DNA of 64,000 nucleotides from an uncultured Campylobacterales bacterium (lineage in GTDB: Bacteria; Campylobacterota; Campylobacteria; Campylobacterales; CAZCQG01): the NCBI GenBank assembly GCA_964500775.1, contig CAZCQG010000003.1:13324-77323 (forward strand), read 5' to 3'. A program made the position numbers and the translations under genes. Shown here in pieces: positions 1 to 8,994 of this stretch. How positions within the stretch are numbered: the first letter of the stretch is position 1; every line of letters begins with the position of its first letter. The notes under the pieces are model-generated. The model did no database searches and was not told the origin of the DNA. It saw only the letters and a program-made list of their open reading frames with translations.

Positions 1-1730
1 TCAATAAATTTTTGAAGCGACATTTCGGAGTCACCCCCAAGGGAATATGGCTAGCGGAGCGGGTGTGGGATTCGAGTATCATCAAAGACTTGGAAGAGTG
101 CGGCATCGAGTACGTCTTGGTGGATGATTTTCATTTTATTTCAGCGGGTATCGGAAGCGAGGCGCTAGACGGATATTACGTCGCCGAAGACGGCGGTGCA
201 AGAGTAAACGTATTTCCTATAAGTAAAGAGTTGCGCTATATGATTCCTTTTCGAGGGGCGGGAAGTGTCGTAGAGCACCTAGAAGCACAGTCGCAAAACG
301 GAAAAAAATCGGCGATTATTTTTGACGACGGCGAGAAGTTCGGTGTTTGGCCAAATACGTATGATTGGGTATATAATCAAGGATGGCTGGAGCAGTTTTT
401 CGAAAAATTGAGTGCTTCGCAAAGCGTCGAAAGCGCACTATACGCGGATTATGTGCGTACGCACAAAGCACTTGGGTTAGCGTATTTGCCGCTCAATTCC
501 TACTACGAGATGGGTGAGTGGACACATCGCTCCAATGATGCTCCCGCGTATGAAAAGCTTTTTCGTAAGCTAGAGGGTGAGCACGGATACGAGTATGCTG
601 TGAAGTTTTTGCGAGGCGGAATCTGGAAAAACTTTTTTACGAAATATTACGAATCAAACCATATACACAAACGCCTTGTGGAAATCTCTTTAGCAAAAAA
701 AGAGCTCAAAAGAAAAGATTATTATTTCCCGCTGTATAAAAGTCAAGCCAATGATGTTTTGTGGCACGGAGTATTTGGCGGACTGTATTTACCGAATCTG
801 AGAAACAATACGTACAAATACATCTATGAGTGCGAAAATATGCGCTATCTCGGAAAAAAAGACTCCGTAGAGGTGTGTGATTTCAATTATGACGGGTTTG
901 ATGACGTCAAGGTAGTAAATAGCGCCTTTATCGCCTATTTTGATACAAAGCACGGGTGTATGATGTCCGAGCTTGGTTTGCGCGATAAGTTATTCAATAT
1001 GCAAAATACGCTCAAGCGCACTAAAGAGGCGTACCATATCAAAGTAGAAGACGTAATAGAGCACAAAGAAAGTGCAACCGAAGGAGACGGTATCAGCACT
1101 ATCCACACCTCAAATACCGCCGAACTTGCAGCTATGAAACGTGAGTTTGTTTTCGATAGATTCCAAAAACAATCTTTTATAGATCACATCGTCGACTACT
1201 CTTTTTGTTTTGAGAGCTTTAGAGGTGATACATACAAAGAATACGGCACGTTTTGCAATGACGCATATACTATCCAAAACGTAGGGGAGCGCGGTTTTGA
1301 AGCAGTAAGCGACGGACGTATAGTGGGAGAGCACGAGAGTTTTGGAGCATATCTCGTAAAAAAGATAGATTTTAACGGAAAGAGTATCGATTTTGCCGTA
1401 ACGCTCAATTCCGAATGCCATTACGATTTACAGTATTTCTGCGAATTTAACCTCTATTTCGCGGACGTACATGCCCTAAAAATAACGGGTGTAAACATAG
1501 AGCAGGCAGAGAATCTAGGTGTTTTAGAGCAACTAGAGATATATGATCCGTATCTCGATAAAAAGACGCACTTTGCGTTCGCACAGCCTATCGAATGTTT
1601 TTGTACTCCTATCGATACCGTGACGCAGAGCGAAAGCGGATTTGAAAAGACAAATCAAGGAATTTCGCTGTGCTTTAAGATAGGGTATAAATATTCGTTT
1701 AACTTCGGCGGTAGCCTTACTATCGGGTAG
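1..1730 (+). CDS. GH57-family glycoside hydrolase (alpha-amylase / 4-alpha-glucanotransferase type), 5' end outside window
   Basis: The frame is open from base 3 to the stop at 1728-1730. The translation has GH57 signature regions WLAERVW (nucleophile Glu), IFDDGEKFG (acid/base Asp) and SQANDVLWHGVFGGLYLPNLR. The upstream HQP/GQLE regions are missing, so the TTG at 12 is not the true start. Confidence 0.8.
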   Translation, partial: NKFLKRHFGVTPKGIWLAERVWDSSIIKDLEECGIEYVLVDDFHFISAGIGSEALDGYYVAEDGGARVNVFPISKELRYMIPFRGAGSVVEHLEAQSQNGKKSAIIFDDGEKFGVWPNTYDWVYNQGWLEQFFEKLSASQSVESALYADYVRTHKALGLAYLPLNSYYEMGEWTHRSNDAPAYEKLFRKLEGEHGYEYAVKFLRGGIWKNFFTKYYESNHIHKRLVEISLAKKELKRKDYYFPLYKSQANDVLWHGVFGGLYLPNLRNNTYKYIYECENMRYLGKKDSVEVCDFNYDGFDDVKVVNSAFIAYFDTKHGCMMSELGLRDKLFNMQNTLKRTKEAYHIKVEDVIEHKESATEGDGISTIHTSNTAELAAMKREFVFDRFQKQSFIDHIVDYSFCFESFRGDTYKEYGTFCNDAYTIQNVGERGFEAVSDGRIVGEHESFGAYLVKKIDFNGKSIDFAVTLNSECHYDLQYFCEFNLYFADVHALKITGVNIEQAENLGVLEQLEIYDPYLDKKTHFAFAQPIECFCTPIDTVTQSESGFEKTNQGISLCFKIGYKYSFNFGGSLTIG

Positions 1731-1732
1731 CG

Positions 1733-2680
1733 TTGAATCATAATGAAAAATCCCTAGATCCCATAACCGGTGCTAGGGTTTTTTATTCTTCGAGCAGGGG
1801 AAAACGACCTAATAATTATAAAAACGATGTAGATTATGCACCGTTTGAAAAAGGGAGCGAACACCTTACGCCGGATTCTCTTTTGTCTTTGCCCGATGCG
1901 ATAGACTGGGAAGTGCGTGTAGTTCCGAATAAATTTACCCCCTTTTCCATCAAGAGTGCCCCGTACGGGATGCACGAAGTACTTATCGAAGCACCGCACG
2001 CGAGTGAGGCGATAGCCGACTTTTCTCGTGCAAGATTAGAGATGATTTTTCGCGCACTTCTGCTTCGGGTAGCTTCGCACTATGAAGACGAAAAGATCAA
2101 ATATACGGCAATTTTTAAAAACAGCGGTGAAAATTCCGGCGCTACCCTTACACACCCTCATATGCAGCTTGTCGGACTTGATTATCTGCCTATCAAAATT
2201 GAGACGATGCTCAAAAATAAATACGATTTTTTTATTAAAAACGGCATCTCTTATTTACGAAGTTTGGTAGATTCAGAATTAGAATATCAAAAGAGAATTG
2301 TATTAGAAGAGAAAAATTATCTTGTTTTTTGCCCAAAGTATTCCATTACCCCTATGCAAGTAGATATAATTCCCAAGTGCAACGGCGATTTCTTACAGGC
2401 AACAGAGACAATTGAAGAGATTGCCGGCATTATGGGTACGGTATACGCCCTGCTGCAAAAGCTATCTTTGGATTCTTTTAATGCAATTTTCTATGTGTAC
2501 CCTAATATGAAACGCTATTCCGGCGTATTGCTTGAAGATTTCTACGACTGGCATATTTCTATATTGCCTAGAGATTCGAGATTTGCGGGGTTTGAGCTTA
2601 CCTGCGGCGATTTTATAAACGGTGTTTTGCCTGACGATGCAGCGATGAAATATAAAGATGCGTTAGAATCTTTTGCATAA
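1733..2680 (+). CDS. GalT-fold (HIT superfamily) hexose-1-phosphate nucleotidyltransferase / NDP-sugar phosphorylase-like protein
   Basis: 315 aa. Blocks DPITGARVFYSSSRGKRP, VVPNKFTPF, HEVLIEAPH and LTHPHMQLV line up with E. coli GalT blocks (NPLTGQW..RAKRP, TNDFAAL, FSPDH, HPHGQ). The in-frame TTG start lies 2 nt after the upstream stop. Confidence 0.65.
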   Translation: MNHNEKSLDPITGARVFYSSSRGKRPNNYKNDVDYAPFEKGSEHLTPDSLLSLPDAIDWEVRVVPNKFTPFSIKSAPYGMHEVLIEAPHASEAIADFSRARLEMIFRALLLRVASHYEDEKIKYTAIFKNSGENSGATLTHPHMQLVGLDYLPIKIETMLKNKYDFFIKNGISYLRSLVDSELEYQKRIVLEEKNYLVFCPKYSITPMQVDIIPKCNGDFLQATETIEEIAGIMGTVYALLQKLSLDSFNAIFYVYPNMKRYSGVLLEDFYDWHISILPRDSRFAGFELTCGDFINGVLPDDAAMKYKDALESFA

Positions 2681-2710
2681 AAGTGAAACGTGAAATAAGA
2701 AGGAGTCATT

Positions 2711-4150
2711 TTGAATATAGTCTATGTTTTTAGCGAACAGTTTCCTTTTTCAAAAACAGGAGGATTGGGAGATATAGCCGCCTCTTTACCGAAATTTTTC
2801 GCGAGAGAACATAATGTCGTAACCGTAACACCGTTCTACTCTTTTATGGATAAAGAGGCACTCGGTATAGAAGAGATAGGGATGCGATTGGAGTTCTGTG
2901 TAGATAAAAAGGAGTACGAGTTTGATGTCTATATGAGCAAGCATGATGGGCTTACGACCTATTTTTTACACAACAGTTATTTTTTTAATCGCAAAGAGAT
3001 GTATGGTTCATATCTCGATAACTATCTAAGATTCGGGATTTTTTGCTACGGTGTGATTGAGCTTGTAAAGTATATCGATTTTGAAGCGGATATATACCAC
3101 GTGAATGATTGGCAAACCTCTCTCATCCCTTTATTACTTAAAGAGAAATACGCTAACGGTGCAAAATTGGTACTCACGATACATAATCTCTCCTATCAAG
3201 GTATCGCGACAAAAAAAGCGATGAAAGACCTAGACATCGATTGGAATCACTTCAATATGGATAAGGTCGAGTTTTACGACCATTTCAATTTTCTCAAAAC
3301 CGGCATATTCTTTAGCGATGCGTTTACTACCGTATCGGATAGTTATGCGCAAGAGATTCAGACGAAAGAGTACGGGTGCGGAATTAGCGATTTTATCAAA
3401 ACCAATGCAAATAAGCTGCACGGCATTCTGAATGGGATAGATTATGACGAATGGGATACAAAAAAGGATAAGTTCCTCTTGCATAAATATGATGCGAAAA
3501 CATTGGATAAAAAATTATTAAATAAAATCGAACTTTGTAAAGAATTTAATCTAAAAGATGCAGAAGGTAGACCTTTATTTATCCTTATAAGTAGACTTGT
3601 GAAGCAAAAAGGTGTAGATTTTTTACTCGAAAATTATGAATTTTTGAAGGCTTTGGAAGCTAATTTTTTCATTTTAGGGGACGGCGATAACGAAAATATA
3701 AAAAAAGTAAAAGAAACATTTGATTTTAGTGATAATTTTGTTACATTTATAGGCTATAATGAAGAGTTAGCGCATCGTCTCTATGCTTCAGCCGATTTTT
3801 TGATGATGCCTTCTCTGTATGAGCCGTGCGGTCTCAATCAGCTTATCGCCCTTAGATACGGAGCTGTACCTATCGTCAGAGCCACGGGTGGACTAAAAGA
3901 GACTATAGCCGATTATACGCTAGAAAAACAAGATAGCAAGGGGCGAGGGATAGTTTTTGAGTCACCGGACGGTTTTTCATTTATGGTAGCCTTGATGCGG
4001 GCATTTAGCCTTTTTGCCAATAGAAACAAATACGTAACGCTTGTAGAAGATAATATGCAATGCGAGTTTGACTGGTGTCATTCCGCTCAAAAGTACGAAC
4101 TATTATATAAAACTCTAGTAGGAGCAGTGGATGGAGATAAAAAACAGTAG
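2711..4150 (+). CDS. glgA: glycogen/starch synthase (GT5)
   Basis: 479 aa. N-terminal SKTGGLGDIA (KTGGL motif) and C-terminal MMPSLYEPCGLNQL are present. An AAGGAG Shine-Dalgarno sits 5 nt upstream of the TTG start. Confidence 0.9.
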   Translation: MNIVYVFSEQFPFSKTGGLGDIAASLPKFFAREHNVVTVTPFYSFMDKEALGIEEIGMRLEFCVDKKEYEFDVYMSKHDGLTTYFLHNSYFFNRKEMYGSYLDNYLRFGIFCYGVIELVKYIDFEADIYHVNDWQTSLIPLLLKEKYANGAKLVLTIHNLSYQGIATKKAMKDLDIDWNHFNMDKVEFYDHFNFLKTGIFFSDAFTTVSDSYAQEIQTKEYGCGISDFIKTNANKLHGILNGIDYDEWDTKKDKFLLHKYDAKTLDKKLLNKIELCKEFNLKDAEGRPLFILISRLVKQKGVDFLLENYEFLKALEANFFILGDGDNENIKKVKETFDFSDNFVTFIGYNEELAHRLYASADFLMMPSLYEPCGLNQLIALRYGAVPIVRATGGLKETIADYTLEKQDSKGRGIVFESPDGFSFMVALMRAFSLFANRNKYVTLVEDNMQCEFDWCHSAQKYELLYKTLVGAVDGDKKQ

Positions 4151-4823
4151 CGAGGAGATCAAAAGAGAGAGCCTCAAAGACTTCAATGTGTCATCACATA
4201 CGCATGCGGTAGATTCTTTTGCCGACGAACTCAAAGAGTTTAAAAAAGAGGATACTTACGAGATTCCCGATCGATACTTTATCAACAACATAGTTCTCCT
4301 TCCCGTAAATTCGGAAACGGGATATTTTTATTGGGAAGTGACGCTTGATTTTGTAGCGGGAAAATGCGATAGAGAGATTGAAAATTTTGTCGTAAGGGTT
4401 TATGAAATCGATAGCGCGACTGCTTTGGGGCAGTATGATATTTACGGGCAGAAAGGGGGATATTATTTCTCTACGCATAGTGCGAATAAAAATATTTTTG
4501 CTTTACTCGGTGTTTTTGATGAGAAAGGGGAATTTATCGAGATTCTAAGATCCAATACCGTGAAGATGCCCTCCGATTTTATTATCGAAAGTGACGAGAC
4601 GATGTGGGCGGACAAACTTGAAGATTGGACGGAGATACTCAATGCTTCGCTAGAAAAAATCGAAATAGGTTCGTCGGAGAATATGATCAAAGAGATTGAG
4701 AGCATAAAAAGATACCATAAGCTACGTGTTGATTTGAGTGGAAGAGTGGGCGCGAGTTCGCTTAGCTCCGGAGAGTTTTTAGGGAGTTCGAATACCTCCA
4801 GCTTTAGCTTGAGCAAGAAGTAA
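4131..4823 (+). CDS. DUF4912-like protein of glycogen gene clusters (function unknown)
   Basis: 230 aa. The ATG overlaps the glgA 3' end by 20 nt. The block IVLLPVNSETGYFYWEV resembles the DUF4912 core (llprdP.w.y.yWei). The C-terminal tail is Ser/Gly-rich and low in complexity. Confidence 0.5.
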   Translation: MEIKNSSEEIKRESLKDFNVSSHTHAVDSFADELKEFKKEDTYEIPDRYFINNIVLLPVNSETGYFYWEVTLDFVAGKCDREIENFVVRVYEIDSATALGQYDIYGQKGGYYFSTHSANKNIFALLGVFDEKGEFIEILRSNTVKMPSDFIIESDETMWADKLEDWTEILNASLEKIEIGSSENMIKEIESIKRYHKLRVDLSGRVGASSLSSGEFLGSSNTSSFSLSKK

Positions 4824-4834
4824 GGAGGAGGGTT

Positions 4835-6412
4835 ATGTTAGGATATTGGATACCCGTACTCCACTCTCATTTGCCGTTTGTAAAGCATCCCGATTACGAT
4901 TATTTTTTGGAAGAACATTGGCTATTTGAAGCAATAAGCGAGTGTTATATTCCGATTTTGATGCGTTTGAAGCAGCTAGAAGAAGAGGGTGTGGATTATA
5001 GACTTACCACTTCCGTCACGCCACCTTTGGCAGAGATGCTTGACGATAGCCATTTGATGGAAAAATATCTAAGGCATCTAGATAGAACCATAGAGCTTGC
5101 CGTAAAAGAATCCAATAGAATAGGCGAGGGCGACGAGTTTTATCATATGCCGAGATTCTACATAGATAGATATGTAAAGATAAAAAATTTTTTTACCGAT
5201 TTTTTGGATTACAACGTCCTCAACGGATACAGATATTTTATCAAGAGCGGGAAACTAGAGGTTATCACCTGCGGTGCAACGCACGGATTCTTACCCCTCC
5301 TTTCGGTGAACAACAAAGCGGTAGAGGTGCAGATTGAGGTTGCCGTACAGTCCCATGTGAAGCATTTCGGCATCCCGCCAAACGGCATTTGGCTACCGGA
5401 GTGTGCATACTATAATGGACTGGATGAGGTGCTTGCGAAATACGGCATTCGATTCTTTATCATAGATTCGCACGGTTTAGTGTATGGGACTCCGACCCCA
5501 AAATACGGAGTATTCGCTCCTGCGTATACGCATCACGGCGTAGCGGCATTCGGCAGAGACCCCGAGAGTAGCAAACAGGTTTGGAGCTCCAAAGAGGGGT
5601 ATCCCGGCGATGTCGATTATCGTGATTTTTATAAAGATATAGGATACGAACTTGATTATGACTATATTAGACATTATATCGATCCCGACGGCGCGAGGGT
5701 TTTTACCGGCTTAAAGTACTATCGCGTCACGGGGGAGGGTGATGATAAGAGAGCCTACGTACCTGAAAATGCGATGATAAAGGCAAGAGAACATGCGCAA
5801 AACTTTCACTTCAATAGAGTGAAACAATGTGAATACCTCTCTGGTTTGATGGATAGAAAGCCAATGATAGTTTCCCCGTACGATACGGAATTATTCGGTC
5901 ATTGGTGGTTTGAAGGACCGGATTTTCTTTATTATCTATTTAAAGAGATGGATGCACACAAGAACATCAAGGCAATAACGCCTATGGAGTATCTCTCGCA
6001 AGAGACGAAGAATCAAGTAATCAATCCTTCGCCTTCCTCGTGGGGAGACAAAGGGTACTACGACGTATGGCTCAATAGCGGAAATGATTGGATATATAGG
6101 CATTTACACCAAATGGCGGATAGTATGTGCACGTTGGCTAGAGAGAATGAACACGGAGTAGAGTTTAATCTCCATAGGGTGCTCAATCAGATGGCAAGAG
6201 AGCTACTGCTTGCTCAAAGTAGCGATTGGGCGTTTTTGATGACGACAAAAACTGCCGTAGAATATAGCATTCGCAGAACCAAAGAGCACATTTCAAACTT
6301 TTTGAAACTACAGTCTATGTTTGAAGATAGAGAGATTGATTTTGATTTTTTAAGTCGCTGTGAGACGAAAAACTCCATATTTAGTTTCTTGGATTATAAG
6401 GTTTTTCTATAA
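4835..6412 (+). CDS. GH57-type 1,4-alpha-glucan branching enzyme
   Basis: 525 aa. The N-terminus GYWIPVLHSHLPFVKHP, then WLPECAY and PYDTELFGHWWFEGP, are typical of GH57 branching enzymes (Thermus/Thermococcus type). AAGGAGG lies upstream of the ATG. Confidence 0.8.
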   Translation: MLGYWIPVLHSHLPFVKHPDYDYFLEEHWLFEAISECYIPILMRLKQLEEEGVDYRLTTSVTPPLAEMLDDSHLMEKYLRHLDRTIELAVKESNRIGEGDEFYHMPRFYIDRYVKIKNFFTDFLDYNVLNGYRYFIKSGKLEVITCGATHGFLPLLSVNNKAVEVQIEVAVQSHVKHFGIPPNGIWLPECAYYNGLDEVLAKYGIRFFIIDSHGLVYGTPTPKYGVFAPAYTHHGVAAFGRDPESSKQVWSSKEGYPGDVDYRDFYKDIGYELDYDYIRHYIDPDGARVFTGLKYYRVTGEGDDKRAYVPENAMIKAREHAQNFHFNRVKQCEYLSGLMDRKPMIVSPYDTELFGHWWFEGPDFLYYLFKEMDAHKNIKAITPMEYLSQETKNQVINPSPSSWGDKGYYDVWLNSGNDWIYRHLHQMADSMCTLARENEHGVEFNLHRVLNQMARELLLAQSSDWAFLMTTKTAVEYSIRRTKEHISNFLKLQSMFEDREIDFDFLSRCETKNSIFSFLDYKVFL

Positions 6413-7252
6413 TTGAAAGAGCTTATCGTTGATGCCGGCGGTACGAATTTTAGAGCACTTTTAGAGACTGACGGGAGAGAGACGAAGAGATTTCACGCCG
6501 ATTATACACAACGAGGTTTTTTGGCATTGCTCGAAGAGGGCGTGTGTCAACACGGACCCGATGTCGTGTCAATATCCTTTGCGGGGCAAATAGAGGATGG
6601 GACGATAAAATCTTCTCCGAATATCCCCATAGCTCCGATGAATATCGCTCGTTATTTCCGAGAAAAGTATGATGTCGAACTTTTTATAGATAATGATTTG
6701 AATTGCGCGGCATTGGCGGAGAGTGAGTATTTCGGCGTAGATCATACGCTAGTCGTGTATTCGGGTACGGGGCTAGGAGGTGCGTATGTGAGCGGGGGAA
6801 AAATTTTGCGCGGCGCACATAATCAAGCTCTTGAGATTGGGCATATTCCCTACAAAAAAACACCGTTATTGTGCGGATGCGGAAAAAGCGATTGTATAGA
6901 GCTTTTTGCGTCGGGAAGCGGTATCGCAAAAAGAATTAAACTACTGGGTTTAGAAGACAAAAACGAACTTGAGAATCTCATCAAAAGCGAAGATACACGT
7001 TTGCGAGAGATCTATGATGATTACATCGACGCAATGGGTTTTGCACTAGGAAGTGCCATTACGCTGCTCAATCCTTCGCTGATCGTTTTAGGCGGAGGAG
7101 TCTATAATGCAAATCGCGAGAGAGTACATCACGCACTCGTCGAATCTGCTAAAAAATACGCTATGCCGGTATCAATAGATTCTCTACGGTTTGAGAGCTC
7201 GCGACTTGCCGATGCGGGGATACTTGGAGCGAGATTGCTAAAGAGGCTTTAG
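6413..7252 (+). CDS. ROK-family glucokinase
   Basis: 279 aa. The TTG start directly abuts the previous stop. Motifs include N-terminal DAGGTN, the GTGLGG sugar-kinase motif and the ROK zinc motif CGCGKSDCIE. Confidence 0.8.
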   Translation: MKELIVDAGGTNFRALLETDGRETKRFHADYTQRGFLALLEEGVCQHGPDVVSISFAGQIEDGTIKSSPNIPIAPMNIARYFREKYDVELFIDNDLNCAALAESEYFGVDHTLVVYSGTGLGGAYVSGGKILRGAHNQALEIGHIPYKKTPLLCGCGKSDCIELFASGSGIAKRIKLLGLEDKNELENLIKSEDTRLREIYDDYIDAMGFALGSAITLLNPSLIVLGGGVYNANRERVHHALVESAKKYAMPVSIDSLRFESSRLADAGILGARLLKRL

Positions 7253-7271
7253 AGGGCTTGTTTATTATTGT

Positions 7272-8990
7272 TTAATCGGCAAGTAGGGTATCGATTTGTT
7301 GAATACAATTCATAAGTTTGGCATCAAAACGGTGAAGATTCTCCATACATTCCCCCGACAGAACTGCATTTCTAAAAGAGCGCAATTCATTCGTCAATAA
7401 TTTAGCGTAATCGTATAAATCCGCTCGTGCGAGGGCATCAAGGTTTTCAAGAGCCGTTTTCTCTATCTTTGATACCATTGAAGAGAGCGCATACCCTAAT
7501 TCCTTATATTCATAAATCGTATTTAGGACTTGATGATAAGTAGCAAAATAGAGATAGAGCTTTCTCATAAACGCCGCATCCAAGGTATCCTTCGCGTAAA
7601 AAATATCCAAAATCTCCGACTCAAGCGTCTCTATTTGCTCTAACGAATTTCTTTCGATTGAAGATATTTTTTTGTCGTTGGAATATGTAGATTTTGGATT
7701 TTGGGTATCTAGATGATGAATATTAAAAAAAACGGTATCATCGGACGCTTTGCAGTTCGTTTCAGAATCTTCAAATATGCGAGTTTTTCTTTCATCGAAG
7801 CTCGTAATGAGATATTTGAGATTCTCGGTAAAATCAATCATCGATGCGCCTATCGTGTCAAGCGATTTATTATCGGCGACAAATATATCGTTTTGCCATA
7901 CCCCGATGCTCTCGACGGTCGCAATGACTATTTCTTTAAAGCTGTTGTCGTTACCCGTGAGTATCCCGAAGTCGCCGTCTTCGAGTAAGACCATCATGGA
8001 TACGAGTAAAGATACGATTTCATCAAAAACCTCAAAATCTTTTAAAAGTGCTTTATAATGAGCGATGGATTCGGCAAGGCGAATTGCTAGATTTTCGTCT
8101 TTGGGTTCTTTAATGAAGTTAAGTGCTTTTTTATAGACATCAAAGTAGAAAAGGCGTAGTTTTTCGGGATCGAATTTTTTCTTTTCGGAAAGCTCTAGTA
8201 GGGCAGCGAACGCCAACGTGTTTTTCTCTTCTTTCGCTCCGATGCTTTGTATATGGTCTTCTATGTTTTCAAGATTCTCTTGGATTCGACTATATTGCGG
8301 AGGGAGCTGTGAAAAATAGATCCTCCCCATCTCCGTAAAAATCGCATCAATTTTTTGCGAATCCCTCATTGTATTTGAAAAAAAATCGTATCCCGTATTT
8401 TCGAGTTCTACTAAAAAGCTCTTTCTAACGCAACTCTCTTTTGAAATATTTTTTTGTCTTAAAAAGGCGTAATTTCCTACGGTTTCATTTACGACCAAAG
8501 CCTCAAAGTAGTTGATATTTTTATCGTTTCTTTCGTACACGATCGTATTTTTATCGTTTTTCAGCGGATTGTTTTCCCACGCCCTAATCTTGTCGTAAAC
8601 GCTATCAAGCGTGACGTTCTTGTTGTTCAAAAATAAACTCAACGCTTGATTGTTCGCACCGAAGCGCCTTTTGCCTACCATACCCAAAACAAGCTCAAGT
8701 CTCTTTTTGTTGTCGATAGTAGCGTTTGCTATTTCAAGATAGTAGAGCCTATCGACCTTGAGGCTTTGCTCTTTGTAGGTGATCTCGTCTATAAAATTAT
8801 TTTTCTCTTGCTTGTAATTGAGCAGATAAATAAAATGGCTATTTTGATCGTGCTCCGTGATAGAGATAAAGCACTTTTTATAAGGAAGGGTAGTATCGCC
8901 GTCTTCAAGCTCGAAACTAAAAGTATGGGCAAACTCTTTAAGTCTAGCTATTTTGTTCTTGATGCCGTATTTGCTCTCGAAAATAGCCAC
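7272..8990 (-). CDS. hypothetical protein, 572 aa, no recognisable domain
   Basis: Long uninterrupted ORF. The ATG lies 4 nt downstream of the stop of the EAL-HDOD gene on the same strand. There is no signal peptide, TM segment, P-loop or catalytic motif that I can recognise. Confidence 0.7.
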   Translation of the reverse strand: MAIFESKYGIKNKIARLKEFAHTFSFELEDGDTTLPYKKCFISITEHDQNSHFIYLLNYKQEKNNFIDEITYKEQSLKVDRLYYLEIANATIDNKKRLELVLGMVGKRRFGANNQALSLFLNNKNVTLDSVYDKIRAWENNPLKNDKNTIVYERNDKNINYFEALVVNETVGNYAFLRQKNISKESCVRKSFLVELENTGYDFFSNTMRDSQKIDAIFTEMGRIYFSQLPPQYSRIQENLENIEDHIQSIGAKEEKNTLAFAALLELSEKKKFDPEKLRLFYFDVYKKALNFIKEPKDENLAIRLAESIAHYKALLKDFEVFDEIVSLLVSMMVLLEDGDFGILTGNDNSFKEIVIATVESIGVWQNDIFVADNKSLDTIGASMIDFTENLKYLITSFDERKTRIFEDSETNCKASDDTVFFNIHHLDTQNPKSTYSNDKKISSIERNSLEQIETLESEILDIFYAKDTLDAAFMRKLYLYFATYHQVLNTIYEYKELGYALSSMVSKIEKTALENLDALARADLYDYAKLLTNELRSFRNAVLSGECMENLHRFDAKLMNCIQQIDTLLAD

Positions 8991-8994
8991 CCCG

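Noticed and set aside
7272-8990. Tentative resemblance of the 572-aa protein to PilZ (RxxxR / DxSxxG), to a P-loop (GMVGKRR), or to an HPt four-helix bundle at the C-terminus.
   Set aside because: None of the defining motifs is actually present: there is no RxxxR...D/NxSxxG, no GxxxxGK[ST] and no HxxKG. The similarity rests only on the secondary-structure impression.
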